From Nitrospirota bacterium (GTDB lineage Bacteria; Nitrospirota; UBA9217): a stretch of DNA of 64,000 nt. The position numbers were made by a program, and so were the translations under genes. Positions within the stretch are counted from its first letter, which is position 1, and each line of letters begins with the position of its first letter. The notes below the pieces were generated by a model. It did no database searches and was not told where the DNA came from. It saw nothing but the letters and a program-made list of their open reading frames with translations. Below are positions 48,117 to 58,023 of this stretch, piece after piece. The stretch lies in NCBI GenBank assembly GCA_029858565.1, contig JAOUEV010000007.1, positions 44,569 to 108,568 of the forward strand, given 5' to 3'.

Positions 48117-49844
48117 ATGAAATCCCACTCCCCCCATAAATCCCTCGTGAACGTCCTCGGCGTAGTGTATTACCACTCCAGGACCGAGGACGGCGGGGAC
48201 CTCTACCTTACCCGGCATGCGGAACCCCATGCCGAGCACCTGGAGATCCACAACTGGTACGAAGAGTCCTGGTTCACAAAGCACCGGGTCAAGCTGCTCG
48301 GAACCAGCTCCGTGTATCGGGTTCCGACGAGGACCATCAAGGGCACGCACCTCGACCTGGTGGTCAAGAACTGCCGCGTGGGCGAGGACGTGCCCTTGAA
48401 CACGCATACGCTCCAGGAGTTCATGAGCGCCGAGTTCAACAGCCCCTGGGAAGAGTTCTCCCTGGTCCAGGAGATGGGTGACCGGCAGTACAGCCAGTCC
48501 ATCGGCTGGGTGAAGGTGCAGAGGCCCCTGGCGATCTATGTGCCTCCCCAGAAGATGCAGCTCTGGCAGAGCGGCAGGTCACGCTCCCGCATCAACCGTA
48601 TCCACGCACGCCATCCCGGCGTTGACCTTGATATCCTGAAGCAGTACAAGCTCGTGTACGAATGGATCCGGGGCAAGAACCTGATCGAGATCTTCGAGCA
48701 TATCAGGACCGATATTCCCAACATCATCCAGCATCTCCAGTCCATGCAGGGCAAGGCGCAGAACGACCTGAGCGAAAAAGGGTATCTGATGGCGGATATG
48801 AAACCCGAGCACGTCATCATTGATGAGGACGACTGTAAAAGCATCGAGTCCGCAGGCAGGAAAGGCGATCCCGCGGCAGCAGCGAAGCAGGTCGCGATGG
48901 TCGAACGGCTGCTGGAGATAGGGAAATACTCGATCATCGATTATGAGCTGCTGTTCAGGACGCCGGAACACGAGGACCGGGTCAAAGCTTCGCGACGGCA
49001 CCGGTATCTTGATGATCAGCGCGATCGGTTCGAGCCGACACCGCTTCCCACGTACCTCAGTCGCACCGAGATCCTCGGCGTGCCGTATATTTTCGGCCGG
49101 GCCGAGAGCACCGGCGGCCGCATGTGGGTCGTGGGCAGGAATGCGCGATTGTTCGATTACTTCCTGCCTGAGCGATGGCGCAAGACACCGGCGCTCAGCC
49201 TTTCGGACGCCAACGAGGTCTTCTACACGATCACCAAGGACAATATCCATCTTGTCTGGAGGACCTCACGGGTGGGCGAGTATCCGGCGGACAGGAAGTA
49301 TAGTTCCGCGGAGATTGAAAAGATCCGGCGGTTCGGCATCAACAGCCCCTTTGAGGAATTTACCATCTCCCAGGAGCTGAACCAGAGGGGCATCCGCGCC
49401 GTATATGTGCGGGCGATCTATGAGACCGGCAGTCTCAAGATCGAGATCTCCGCGGATTCGCGCAGGTACCAATCCCACCGCGCGATCGTCGATATCGATG
49501 GCAATCCGGTGCTGGCAGCGGAGCACAACTACATCACGATCCGGGGATACTACAACGGGCCGGACGACTGGGTGCCGGAACATGAGGGTGTGCTGCTGAC
49601 GCCGATCGATCTGTCCCGGGCAGTGAAAAAGAATATCATCGATGAGCCGAAGAGCACGCGCTATACAGAACGGACCGCAGAGCGTTTACACGAGGCAGGC
49701 TATGACGGATCGCTCTTAAAGCCTGATGACATTCTCGTGGCCGTGGATTCCCAGGGCGGGCTTATGAACGAACAGAACGGAGAACCGGCGCTCATCATCT
49801 GCAATTTCGAAGTGCTCTGCAGAATGGCGGCATCCGAGGCATAG
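48117..49844 (+). CDS. Hypothetical protein with two tandem kinase-like domains
   Basis: Internal duplication (LGV.Y..GG, RVGE.P, NSP.EEF, AIY, KP..I/V, D/N-Y/F-E); first copy has VVK, DMKPEH and DYE. Confidence 0.75.
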   Translation: MKSHSPHKSLVNVLGVVYYHSRTEDGGDLYLTRHAEPHAEHLEIHNWYEESWFTKHRVKLLGTSSVYRVPTRTIKGTHLDLVVKNCRVGEDVPLNTHTLQEFMSAEFNSPWEEFSLVQEMGDRQYSQSIGWVKVQRPLAIYVPPQKMQLWQSGRSRSRINRIHARHPGVDLDILKQYKLVYEWIRGKNLIEIFEHIRTDIPNIIQHLQSMQGKAQNDLSEKGYLMADMKPEHVIIDEDDCKSIESAGRKGDPAAAAKQVAMVERLLEIGKYSIIDYELLFRTPEHEDRVKASRRHRYLDDQRDRFEPTPLPTYLSRTEILGVPYIFGRAESTGGRMWVVGRNARLFDYFLPERWRKTPALSLSDANEVFYTITKDNIHLVWRTSRVGEYPADRKYSSAEIEKIRRFGINSPFEEFTISQELNQRGIRAVYVRAIYETGSLKIEISADSRRYQSHRAIVDIDGNPVLAAEHNYITIRGYYNGPDDWVPEHEGVLLTPIDLSRAVKKNIIDEPKSTRYTERTAERLHEAGYDGSLLKPDDILVAVDSQGGLMNEQNGEPALIICNFEVLCRMAASEA

Positions 49845-50148
49845 GGAATCCAGATACAAACCAACATTCTTTAAAACAGACAATATCCGAAATGCCTCTG
49901 ATGAGCACCGTAGAAAATTAGTTCATAAATAATCATGTAGACTTCAGCGAAGTTCATTGCTTGATACCTTCATTAGCTTTTGTAGTTTGTCATGCACCTT
50001 CTCGCGTGTTCCCAGTTGCACACTGCCGCTACTATTACGCAACCTCTTCACTCTGTGCTATCATTAAAATAAGCTAAAACTGGTTGATCTAAATGCTGCA
50101 ACATTGGTTGCAGGCGATCCGGCCACTGCAGAGCCAAGGAGGTCCGCC

Positions 50149-51264
50149 ATGAAGATCACGATCAGTGTCATTAAGGCAGATATCGGTTCCGTGGGAGGGC
50201 ATATAGCGCCGTCGCAGAAGCTGCTCGAATCGGTGAAGAAGCATGTGGCAGAAAAAGGCAAGGGGCTCTTGATCGACAGCTACGTGAGCTACACCGGCGA
50301 CGACGTGGCGATCCTGATGACCCATGTCCGGGGCGAGGGGGATGAGCAGATTCACAAGCTTGCCTGGGACGCTTTCGTCGCCGGCACCGCGGTTGCCAAG
50401 TCCCAGGGGCTCTACGGCGCGGGCCAGGACCTGCTGAAGGATTCCTTCTCCGGCAACGTGCACGGCATGGGGCCGGCGGTCACGGAAATGGAGTTCGAAG
50501 AGCGGCCGGGCGAACCCTTCCTGTTCTTTGCTGCCGACAAGACCGACCCCGGTGCGTACAACTTTCCGCTCTATATGGCATTCGCCGACGCCATGAACAC
50601 GCCGGGGCTGATGCTGTCGCCCAAGATGGCAAAGGGGTTCCGGTTCGTGATCATGGATGTAAACAATACCGAGGGCGACCGGGTCATCGAACTGAATGCG
50701 CCCGAGGACCTCTATGATATTGCCACGCTGCTCCGCGATCCGGAACGGTTCGTGGTGGAGTCAGTGTGGTCTCGTGCTGCAGGGACCCAGGCCGTATCCG
50801 TGGCCACCTCGCGCCTTCACAATATTGCGGGGAAATATACGGGCAAGGACGATCCGGTGATGCTGGTCCGGAGCCAGATGGATTTTCCCGCCACCGGCGA
50901 GGTGCTGCAGCCGTTCTCGGTAGGCCATTTTGTCGCCGGGTGCATGCGGGGCTCGCACAACATGCCGATCATGCCGGTGAAGCTGAACTCGACGATCAGC
51001 TGGTTCGACGGACCGCCGGTGGTAAGCTGTGCAGCCTTCTCCATTCACGAAGGGAAATTGACCGGTCCGGTGGACGCTTTTGACCATCCCTTCTGGGACC
51101 GGGTTCGGGACCATGTGGCGGACAAGGCCATGGACATGCGGCGGCAGGGTTTCTTCGGCGCTGCCATGCTGCCCATGAACGAACTGGAGTACACGGGCAT
51201 CATGGAGAAGCTCGACATGCTTGAAAAGCGCTTCGCTGTTCGGCAGGAGAAAAAGGCCGCTTGA
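50149..51264 (+). CDS. fbp: Bifunctional fructose-1,6-bisphosphate aldolase/phosphatase (FBPase class V)
   Basis: SVIKADIGSVGGH, GDD, GLYGAGQDLL, DKTDPGAYN, YTGKDDP, MRGSH, ELEYT. Confidence 0.95.
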   Translation: MKITISVIKADIGSVGGHIAPSQKLLESVKKHVAEKGKGLLIDSYVSYTGDDVAILMTHVRGEGDEQIHKLAWDAFVAGTAVAKSQGLYGAGQDLLKDSFSGNVHGMGPAVTEMEFEERPGEPFLFFAADKTDPGAYNFPLYMAFADAMNTPGLMLSPKMAKGFRFVIMDVNNTEGDRVIELNAPEDLYDIATLLRDPERFVVESVWSRAAGTQAVSVATSRLHNIAGKYTGKDDPVMLVRSQMDFPATGEVLQPFSVGHFVAGCMRGSHNMPIMPVKLNSTISWFDGPPVVSCAAFSIHEGKLTGPVDAFDHPFWDRVRDHVADKAMDMRRQGFFGAAMLPMNELEYTGIMEKLDMLEKRFAVRQEKKAA

Positions 51265-51297
51265 TGTTCACGATCGTACGGTAGACGAGATATGAAA

Positions 51298-51329
51298 GCC
51301 CGGGGAGGACTGTCCCGGGCCTCTTTTTT
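51298..51329 (+). terminator. Rho-independent terminator
   Basis: GCCCGGG-loop-CCCGGGC followed by CTCTTTTTT. Confidence 0.7.
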
Positions 51330-51415
51330 GGGCCAGTGACAGGACCGCATGACCGCAATTTTCAGACCGCAATTTTCCGCTTTTTCCTTGACCAGAGGTG
51401 TGCTATACTCAGCCC

Positions 51416-52948
51416 ATGAAAGACCAAATCCAGCTTCCTCTTGACCAGGTACTGGCCCACCACGCAGCGAGCACTCCCCGCAGGACCTTCATCAAGTTCA
51501 ACGGACATTCCTATTCCCTTCGCGACATAGACCGGCTCACCACGGTATTCGCCTCGTTCCTGCTGTCACAGCACATTGCCCGGGGTGAGCGGGTCGCGAT
51601 CCTGAGCCACAACCGGCACGAGTACTTTGCCGCCTACTGCGGCATCCTCCGCGCCGGAGGCGCGGTGCTGCCGCTCAATCATCTGCTGACCCACGAAGAG
51701 ATCGATTTCATCCTTTCCGACGCGGGCGTCCGGTTCGTGTTCTACGACAGCGAATGCGGCGAGACCGTGGGTAAACTGCAGGAAAAGGGCGGCCGCCGTT
51801 TCTTTTCCCTGCCTGGAGTGGCAGAGGGCGGCTGCGCTCCTGCTCCGGCCGCATTCCCGGACCATGGGATCGACGATATTTCCACGGTCCTGTACACATC
51901 AGGGACCACGGGCCGGCCCAAGGGCGCGCTGCTTACCCATCGGAATATCCTGGCCAATGCCGATGCCGCGCGCAAGGCGATCCATATCACGCCGCGCGAC
52001 CGCTTCGTGGTGTTCCTCCCCTTGTTCCATTCCTTCACCTTCACGGTCTGCATGGTTCTTCCGCTGATCACCGGTGCCAGGATCTCGCTGCTGCCCGGTG
52101 TCCGGCCTTTTGAGCGGGTGGTGAAAAGCCTGATCCTGGACCGCATCACGCTTTTCGTGGCCATTCCCACGGTCTATAAGATCCTGGCGGACAAGGGCAT
52201 GCCGTGGTTCATCAAGAAATTGCTGCGCCTGCGCTTATGCATCTCCGGCGCCGCGCCGCTGCCTCCCAAGGTCATCCGCCAGTTCGAAGGGGTCTTCAAG
52301 GTCCCGCTGCGCGAGGGCTACGGTCTGACCGAGGCATCGCCCGTGGTCTCGATCAATCCGGATGAACCGGGCGGGGACAAGCCGGGGACCGTGGGTCTGC
52401 CGCTGCCGGGGATCGAGGTGCGGGTGGTCGACGACAATGGACAGGACCTGCCCGTTGAGACAGCGGGAGAGCTGCTGGTCAAGGGTCCCAATGTCATGCA
52501 GGGCTATCTGAACAGGCCCGAGGACACGGAAAAGACGATCAAGGACGGCTGGCTATTCACCGGCGATATCGCAGCGCTGGACAAGGACGGATTCATCAGG
52601 ATCATCGACCGGAAAAAGGACCTGATCATCGTCGACGGATTGAACGTTTATCCTTACGAGGTAGAGGAGGTCCTCTACCGGCATCCGGCCATCAAGGATT
52701 GCTCCATGATCGGCGTTCCTCATGAACATGAGGAAGGCAAGGAGCTGGGCATGATGTATGTGGTGCTCCAGGAAGGCAAGACCGCCACGGCCAGGGAACT
52801 CAGGGACTACCTTACCGAACATGTGGCCCATTACAAGATACCACGGCGGTTCATCTTTATCGAAGAACTGCCGCGGAACGCGACCGGCAAGATCATGAAA
52901 AAGGAGCTTCGCGTCTGGTATCGTGAACGGGAAACGAAACACGGGTGA
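51416..52948 (+). CDS. Long-chain fatty acid--CoA ligase (AMP-binding family)
   Basis: YTSGTTGRPKG, EGYGLTE, TGD, DRKKD, GKIMK. Confidence 0.9.
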   Translation: MKDQIQLPLDQVLAHHAASTPRRTFIKFNGHSYSLRDIDRLTTVFASFLLSQHIARGERVAILSHNRHEYFAAYCGILRAGGAVLPLNHLLTHEEIDFILSDAGVRFVFYDSECGETVGKLQEKGGRRFFSLPGVAEGGCAPAPAAFPDHGIDDISTVLYTSGTTGRPKGALLTHRNILANADAARKAIHITPRDRFVVFLPLFHSFTFTVCMVLPLITGARISLLPGVRPFERVVKSLILDRITLFVAIPTVYKILADKGMPWFIKKLLRLRLCISGAAPLPPKVIRQFEGVFKVPLREGYGLTEASPVVSINPDEPGGDKPGTVGLPLPGIEVRVVDDNGQDLPVETAGELLVKGPNVMQGYLNRPEDTEKTIKDGWLFTGDIAALDKDGFIRIIDRKKDLIIVDGLNVYPYEVEEVLYRHPAIKDCSMIGVPHEHEEGKELGMMYVVLQEGKTATARELRDYLTEHVAHYKIPRRFIFIEELPRNATGKIMKKELRVWYRERETKHG

Positions 52949-52991
52949 TCGAATATATATGAGGCGATATCAATAGATCCAGGGTTCGGGT

Positions 52992-54200
52992 ATGAGGGAT
53001 CGAGCAATGTGGTTTTTCCTGGTCCGATCGTTCCTCGCGGGAACGGCCATTCCCCTGTTTTTTTTCTTCATATTCCTGTTTTCGCGCGGTGCCGCAGCTC
53101 AATCGCCGGTACAACAGCCGGTCCGCATCGGCCTGACCCTGGGCCTCTCCGGAAAATATGCCCAGCTCGCGGGGTATCAGGAAAAAGGCTATCGGCTCTG
53201 GCAGCAGGATGTGAACAGGCGCGGCGGGATTTTCGGCAGGCCCGTCGAGCTCATGCTCCTGGATGACAAGAGCGATCCTGCAACGGCCGCCAGGCTCTAT
53301 CAGCACCTGATAGCCGAAGAGCGTGTTGACCTCGTCTTTTCTCCCTTCTCCAGCGATATTTCCGAGGCCGTCCTTCCTGTTACTGCCAAAAACGGGTATC
53401 CGCTCATTCTGGCCGGCGCTTCATCGGACCATCTCTTTCAGCAGGGCTACGACCATGTCTTTGGCCTCTTCGTACCTTCCAGCAAATTCGCCCTGGGATT
53501 CCTTGAAATGCTGGTGCAGCATCGTATTGACGGGATAGCGGTATTCTCTGACGACAGCCTCTTTTCGCGGTCCCTTGTCGAGGGAATTCGCAAGTGGTCG
53601 GTTCGTCTCGGGCTGAAGGTGGTCGTGGATGAGAAGATCGTCAAGGGCTCGGGTCATTTTGATGCGCTGGCCCGGCGGGCGCGCGATGCCGGCGCGAAGG
53701 TGGTCGTGCTGGCAAGTTATCTGGAGGATGCAGTTGCCCTGCGAAGGGCCTTCACGGCGATCAAGTGGTTACCACGGGCGTACTATGTGCCGGTAGGGCC
53801 GGGGACGGGCGAATACCAGAAAGCTCTTGGACAGGATTCGGACCTGGTGTTCTCCACCTCCCAATGGGAGTTCCACGGTAAACAGAGCCGGAACCAGCCC
53901 GATGTGTTCGTCAAGGCCTTTGAGGCCACCTATGGCCAGCGGCCGTCCTACTTTGCCGCAACAGCCTATGCAGCAGGGCAACTCCTCGAGAATGCCGTGC
54001 GTCAGACCGGATCGCTGGAGCGGTCAAGGATCAGTCATGCACTGGCCATCCTCGATGCCGTCACCGTGATCGGCAGGTATGGCGTTGATCGCACCGGCAC
54101 CCAGGTCAAGCAGTTCTATCTGATCGTACAGGTGCAGGAGGGTAAGTTCGAAGTTGTGTGGCCTCCTGAGTCCCTGACAGCAGCCCCCCGATTCCTATGA
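52992..54200 (+). CDS. Periplasmic binding protein (LivJ/branched-chain amino acid-type)
   Basis: Signal peptide; RIGLTLGLSGKYA, NRRGGIFGRPVEL..DDKSDP. Confidence 0.85.
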   Translation: MRDRAMWFFLVRSFLAGTAIPLFFFFIFLFSRGAAAQSPVQQPVRIGLTLGLSGKYAQLAGYQEKGYRLWQQDVNRRGGIFGRPVELMLLDDKSDPATAARLYQHLIAEERVDLVFSPFSSDISEAVLPVTAKNGYPLILAGASSDHLFQQGYDHVFGLFVPSSKFALGFLEMLVQHRIDGIAVFSDDSLFSRSLVEGIRKWSVRLGLKVVVDEKIVKGSGHFDALARRARDAGAKVVVLASYLEDAVALRRAFTAIKWLPRAYYVPVGPGTGEYQKALGQDSDLVFSTSQWEFHGKQSRNQPDVFVKAFEATYGQRPSYFAATAYAAGQLLENAVRQTGSLERSRISHALAILDAVTVIGRYGVDRTGTQVKQFYLIVQVQEGKFEVVWPPESLTAAPRFL

Positions 54201-56431
54201 TGAACCTAGCATTCACGAAGAGGCTCTCCTTCCGCATTGCGCTCCCGGTCATTTCAGCGGTAGCAATAGCTGCTGTCCTGATGGCTATCATCGCGTACTT
54301 GGCGATCGATCGTTTTGATGTGGAGCGGCAACAAACTCGGTTGAGCAGGCTGTCCCAACGAGCCTACACCTTCTGCGAGGCCGCTCTTGATGAACTGGAG
54401 CGGACCGGGGGGACGAAGAATGAGCGCCTGGTGCGTATCGCCAAGGTACGGGCTATGGCAGCGCTTGAGGATTTTTACCGTTCCGCCGGGCTTGAGGGCC
54501 TGATCTTTGACGGCCAGAACGTGATCCCGCTGAGCCGGGGATTGACATCAGCGCATCATGGTGACCTTATGCAGCGGGTCCGGCCTGGAGGCCCTATTGA
54601 AAGGATTTCCCTCGGCGGCGCGTCCTATTTCGCCACGGTCGAGACCTTCTCACCCTGGGGATGGGATATCGTGCTGGCGAGCAGCGCCAGGGAACATGCT
54701 GCCCTGGTCAGCAGCGTGGGGAGATACTATTTCGCCGGATTCCTGGTCCTGGTGGCGGTGCTGGTGGCGATCTTCCTTGCGCTCCACTCGCTTATCGCTC
54801 GTCCGATCGACGAGATCGTGCATGCGGTGCAGAATGGGGGCATGCCCCGCTACCGCGGCGTGGCGGAATTCGAGTACTTAAGCGATCAGCTGCGGGATGC
54901 GATCCAGAAGCGCGACGTACTTCTGGCGAACATCGAACGGAGCCATTTCATTTATGTTCACGATATCACTGGGCACTTGACCTATCTGAGCGCTTCGGTC
55001 AAACAAATTCTGGGCTATACGACCGAAGAATTCTCGACCCACTACACGACCTATCTGACAAAACACCCGGCGAACGTGATGGCTGTCGAGCATACCGATG
55101 AGAGCATCAAAGGAATACAGCAGCCTCCCTATGAACTGGAGATCCTTCATAAGGATGGTACGACGCGTTGGCTGGAGGTGACGGAGGTGCCCGTCAAGGA
55201 TCACGCCGGGCGGGTGACCGGGGTTGAGGGCATCGCCCGGGACATCACTGACCGAAAGAAGATCGAGACCGAGCTGCGCGACAACCGGCAGCTGCTCGCA
55301 TCGCTCATGGGCAGCCTTCCGGGCATGGCCTATCGCCGCCGCGATGATGGCGACTGGACCATGGAGTTCGTGAGCGAAGGCTGCCATCCCCTGACCGGTT
55401 ACCGGTCAGGGGATCTCGTGGGAAACCTCACGGTCTCCTATGGATCGCTCATCCATCCCGAGGACCGCGGTATTGTGTACCGCATCATGCGGGACAGTAT
55501 TGATCAGGGCAGGAAGTATCGGATCACCTACCGGATCTTTTCGGCCGAAGGAGAGCTCAAGTGGGTATGGGAGCAGGGTCAAGCCATAATGTCGGACGGC
55601 ACAGTTCAGTCGCTCGTCGGCTTCATCACCGACATTACCGAGACCAGGCAGCTTGAGGAGGAACTGCTCAAGGTCCACAAACTTGAGTCCCTTGGCGTGC
55701 TCGCCGGCGGGATCGCCCACGATTTCAATAATCTTCTGCAGGCGATCCTCGGCAACGTCTCGTTGGCGCGGCTCTATGTGAGCGCTCCGGACAAATTGCT
55801 GGAACGGCTGGCTGAGGCTGAGCGGGCCACGCGGGAAGCCAGCGAACTGTCTAATCGGATCCTGACGTTCTCGCGCGGCGGCGATCCCATACGCAGCGTA
55901 TCGTCGATCCTCAAACCGCTCCATGATGCGATACAATCTATCTCTGCTGATCCGAAGGCCGGGATTGATATCAGAGCCGACTCGGTCCTTGATCCGGTGG
56001 AGATCGATGACGGGCAGCTGCGGCAGGTCTTTCAGAACATCCTTCTGAACGCCCGGGAATCCATGCCTTGGGGAGGTTCCGTTCATATCGAGGCACGGAA
56101 CATCAGAATAAGTGATGCGGACGGCCTGCCCCTCAGGAACGGCAACTATGTTGCAGTGTCCATTCAGGACGAAGGGGGCGGGATCGCGGCTGATCTTCTG
56201 GCCAAGATATTCGACCCCTATTTTACGACCAAGGATGTCGGCTCGGTACGGGGCAGGGGATTGGGTCTCACGGCTTGTTACTCCATCGTACGCCGGCATG
56301 GCGGTACTATTACCGCCGCATCCAGCGCGGGAAAGGGGGCGACCTTTACCGTGTATATCCCTGCAATGGAGCGGCAGATGGAAAGTGAATCGACCGGGAC
56401 AGCAATTGAACTGCCCGAACAGCGTTCGTGA
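54197..56431 (+). CDS. Membrane sensor histidine kinase with two PAS domains
   Basis: Two TM helices, PAS/PAC twice, AHDFNNLL, FDPYFTTK, GLGL; overlaps the binding-protein gene by 4 bp. Confidence 0.92.
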   Translation: MMNLAFTKRLSFRIALPVISAVAIAAVLMAIIAYLAIDRFDVERQQTRLSRLSQRAYTFCEAALDELERTGGTKNERLVRIAKVRAMAALEDFYRSAGLEGLIFDGQNVIPLSRGLTSAHHGDLMQRVRPGGPIERISLGGASYFATVETFSPWGWDIVLASSAREHAALVSSVGRYYFAGFLVLVAVLVAIFLALHSLIARPIDEIVHAVQNGGMPRYRGVAEFEYLSDQLRDAIQKRDVLLANIERSHFIYVHDITGHLTYLSASVKQILGYTTEEFSTHYTTYLTKHPANVMAVEHTDESIKGIQQPPYELEILHKDGTTRWLEVTEVPVKDHAGRVTGVEGIARDITDRKKIETELRDNRQLLASLMGSLPGMAYRRRDDGDWTMEFVSEGCHPLTGYRSGDLVGNLTVSYGSLIHPEDRGIVYRIMRDSIDQGRKYRITYRIFSAEGELKWVWEQGQAIMSDGTVQSLVGFITDITETRQLEEELLKVHKLESLGVLAGGIAHDFNNLLQAILGNVSLARLYVSAPDKLLERLAEAERATREASELSNRILTFSRGGDPIRSVSSILKPLHDAIQSISADPKAGIDIRADSVLDPVEIDDGQLRQVFQNILLNARESMPWGGSVHIEARNIRISDADGLPLRNGNYVAVSIQDEGGGIAADLLAKIFDPYFTTKDVGSVRGRGLGLTACYSIVRRHGGTITAASSAGKGATFTVYIPAMERQMESESTGTAIELPEQRS

Positions 56432-56737
56432 TAGCGGTCGTGCCCACCTTAGCTGCTATCAGGGACTCCATCCTGGAAAAGCAAATTCAATCCCCAGTCT
56501 GCGTCCTGTATCAATCCCTATTCTCAGACAACAAAAGCACTCGATAGCCTCCGGCGGAGCAGTCAGTTTTTTTGTGAGGCATTTGCATCCGAATGTACCT
56601 TTTGGTCGCTTGGGGTGCAGATAGTTCGCTCTCCAACCCTTGCGCAGGCAGTATGGCCCTTTCCGTCTGCTATACTAATCAACATGATCCATGGAGAGCG
56701 ATGCAATCATCAACGAACAAGAAAGGAGATGTTGATC

Positions 56738-57247
56738 ATGAAACGGATACTCTGGATTCCCCTGTGGTTAATTTGTGCTGCGCTGGTGTTCGCGGCAACC
56801 GAGGATATCGGAACGTTTGCGACCTGCAAGCATTGCGGTATGGACAGAGAAAAGTTCAGCCATAGCCGTATGGTTATCCAGTATGAGGACGGGAGTGCGG
56901 CCGGGATCTGTAGTCTCCACTGTGCGGCAGTTGAGCTTGCCTTGAATATCGACAAGACACCTTCGTTGTTGCAGGTAGGTGATTTTGGCAATAAGACCCT
57001 GATCGATGCTGAGAAGGCGGTCTGGGTGGTCGGCGGGGCAAAGAAAGGGGTCATGACGCGCGTTGCCAAGTGGGCTTTTGAGAGAAAGGCTGACGCTGAG
57101 AAGTTCGTTGCAGAGAACGGAGGAGAGATCGCAACGCTTGAGAGTGCGATCAAGTCCGCTTATGCTGATATGTACGAGGACACCAGGATGATCCGGGAAA
57201 AGCGAAAGATGATGAAGCAGCAGCAGATGCCTGATCATAAGCACTGA
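56738..57247 (+). CDS. NosL-family copper-binding protein
   Basis: AAGGAG RBS; signal peptide; CKHCGM, CSLHC, IDAEKA.WV.G..GVM, AF..A.KF...GG. Confidence 0.82.
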   Translation: MKRILWIPLWLICAALVFAATEDIGTFATCKHCGMDREKFSHSRMVIQYEDGSAAGICSLHCAAVELALNIDKTPSLLQVGDFGNKTLIDAEKAVWVVGGAKKGVMTRVAKWAFERKADAEKFVAENGGEIATLESAIKSAYADMYEDTRMIREKRKMMKQQQMPDHKH

Positions 57248-57312
57248 TCATATCCGAAAGCTTTCACTTGCCTCATTCCTGGCACCCATGGTATGGTATG
57301 GACCTACAGACC

Positions 57313-57915
57313 ATGGATATCGTTCTTGCCACGAGAAACAGAAAGAAGATCGAGGAGATCAGCAGGATAACTGCCGGGTTGCCGATACATGTTCTTTCGC
57401 TCGAGGACTTCCCGGCATGTCCCGAGACCGTGGAGGACCGGGACACCTTCGAGGGGAATGCTGTAAAAAAAGCCCTTGAAGTGGCTGTGTTCACGAACAG
57501 GCCGGCCCTGTCAGACGATTCCGGCCTGGAAGTGGACGCCCTCGGCGGGAAGCCCGGGGTCTATTCCGCGCGGTACGCGCCCGATGCCGCGAATGGAAAT
57601 GATCCAAAGAACTATCTCAAGCTGCTCGATGATCTTGCCGCGACGCCTGATGAGAAAAGATCGGCGCGGTTCGTCTGCTGCATTGCGCTGGCATTTCCTG
57701 ACAACAGGGTGGAAACCTTCTTCGGCCGTGCGGAAGGCAGGATCAGCAGAGAGCCGCGGGGACAGAAAGGGTTCGGCTACGATCCTGTGTTCTTCCCCCT
57801 TGGATTTGACCGCACTTTTGCCGAAATGAGCGCCGCGGAAAAGGACGCATTGAGCCATCGCGGCAAGGCGCTGGAGAAGCTGGCAGGATTTTTGCGGACC
57901 GTTCTGAAAGGTTGA
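57313..57915 (+). CDS. rdgB: XTP/dITP diphosphatase (HAM1 family)
   Basis: [45 protein letters not shown]. Confidence 0.95.
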   Translation: MDIVLATRNRKKIEEISRITAGLPIHVLSLEDFPACPETVEDRDTFEGNAVKKALEVAVFTNRPALSDDSGLEVDALGGKPGVYSARYAPDAANGNDPKNYLKLLDDLAATPDEKRSARFVCCIALAFPDNRVETFFGRAEGRISREPRGQKGFGYDPVFFPLGFDRTFAEMSAAEKDALSHRGKALEKLAGFLRTVLKG

Positions 57916-57956
57916 ACGCCGCTTTTCCGAAGTTCATTTTTGATGTGAACGCATTT

Positions 57957-57983
57957 AGCCCGGTCTGATGACCGGGCTTTTTT
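57957..57983 (+). terminator. Terminator between convergent rdgB and kinase genes
   Basis: AGCCCGGTC-tgat-GACCGGGCT followed by TTTTT. Confidence 0.85.
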
Positions 57984-58023
57984 ATTCGGAACTTTCCCTG
58001 GCGCGGGGAGGCGCCGGCGGGAA

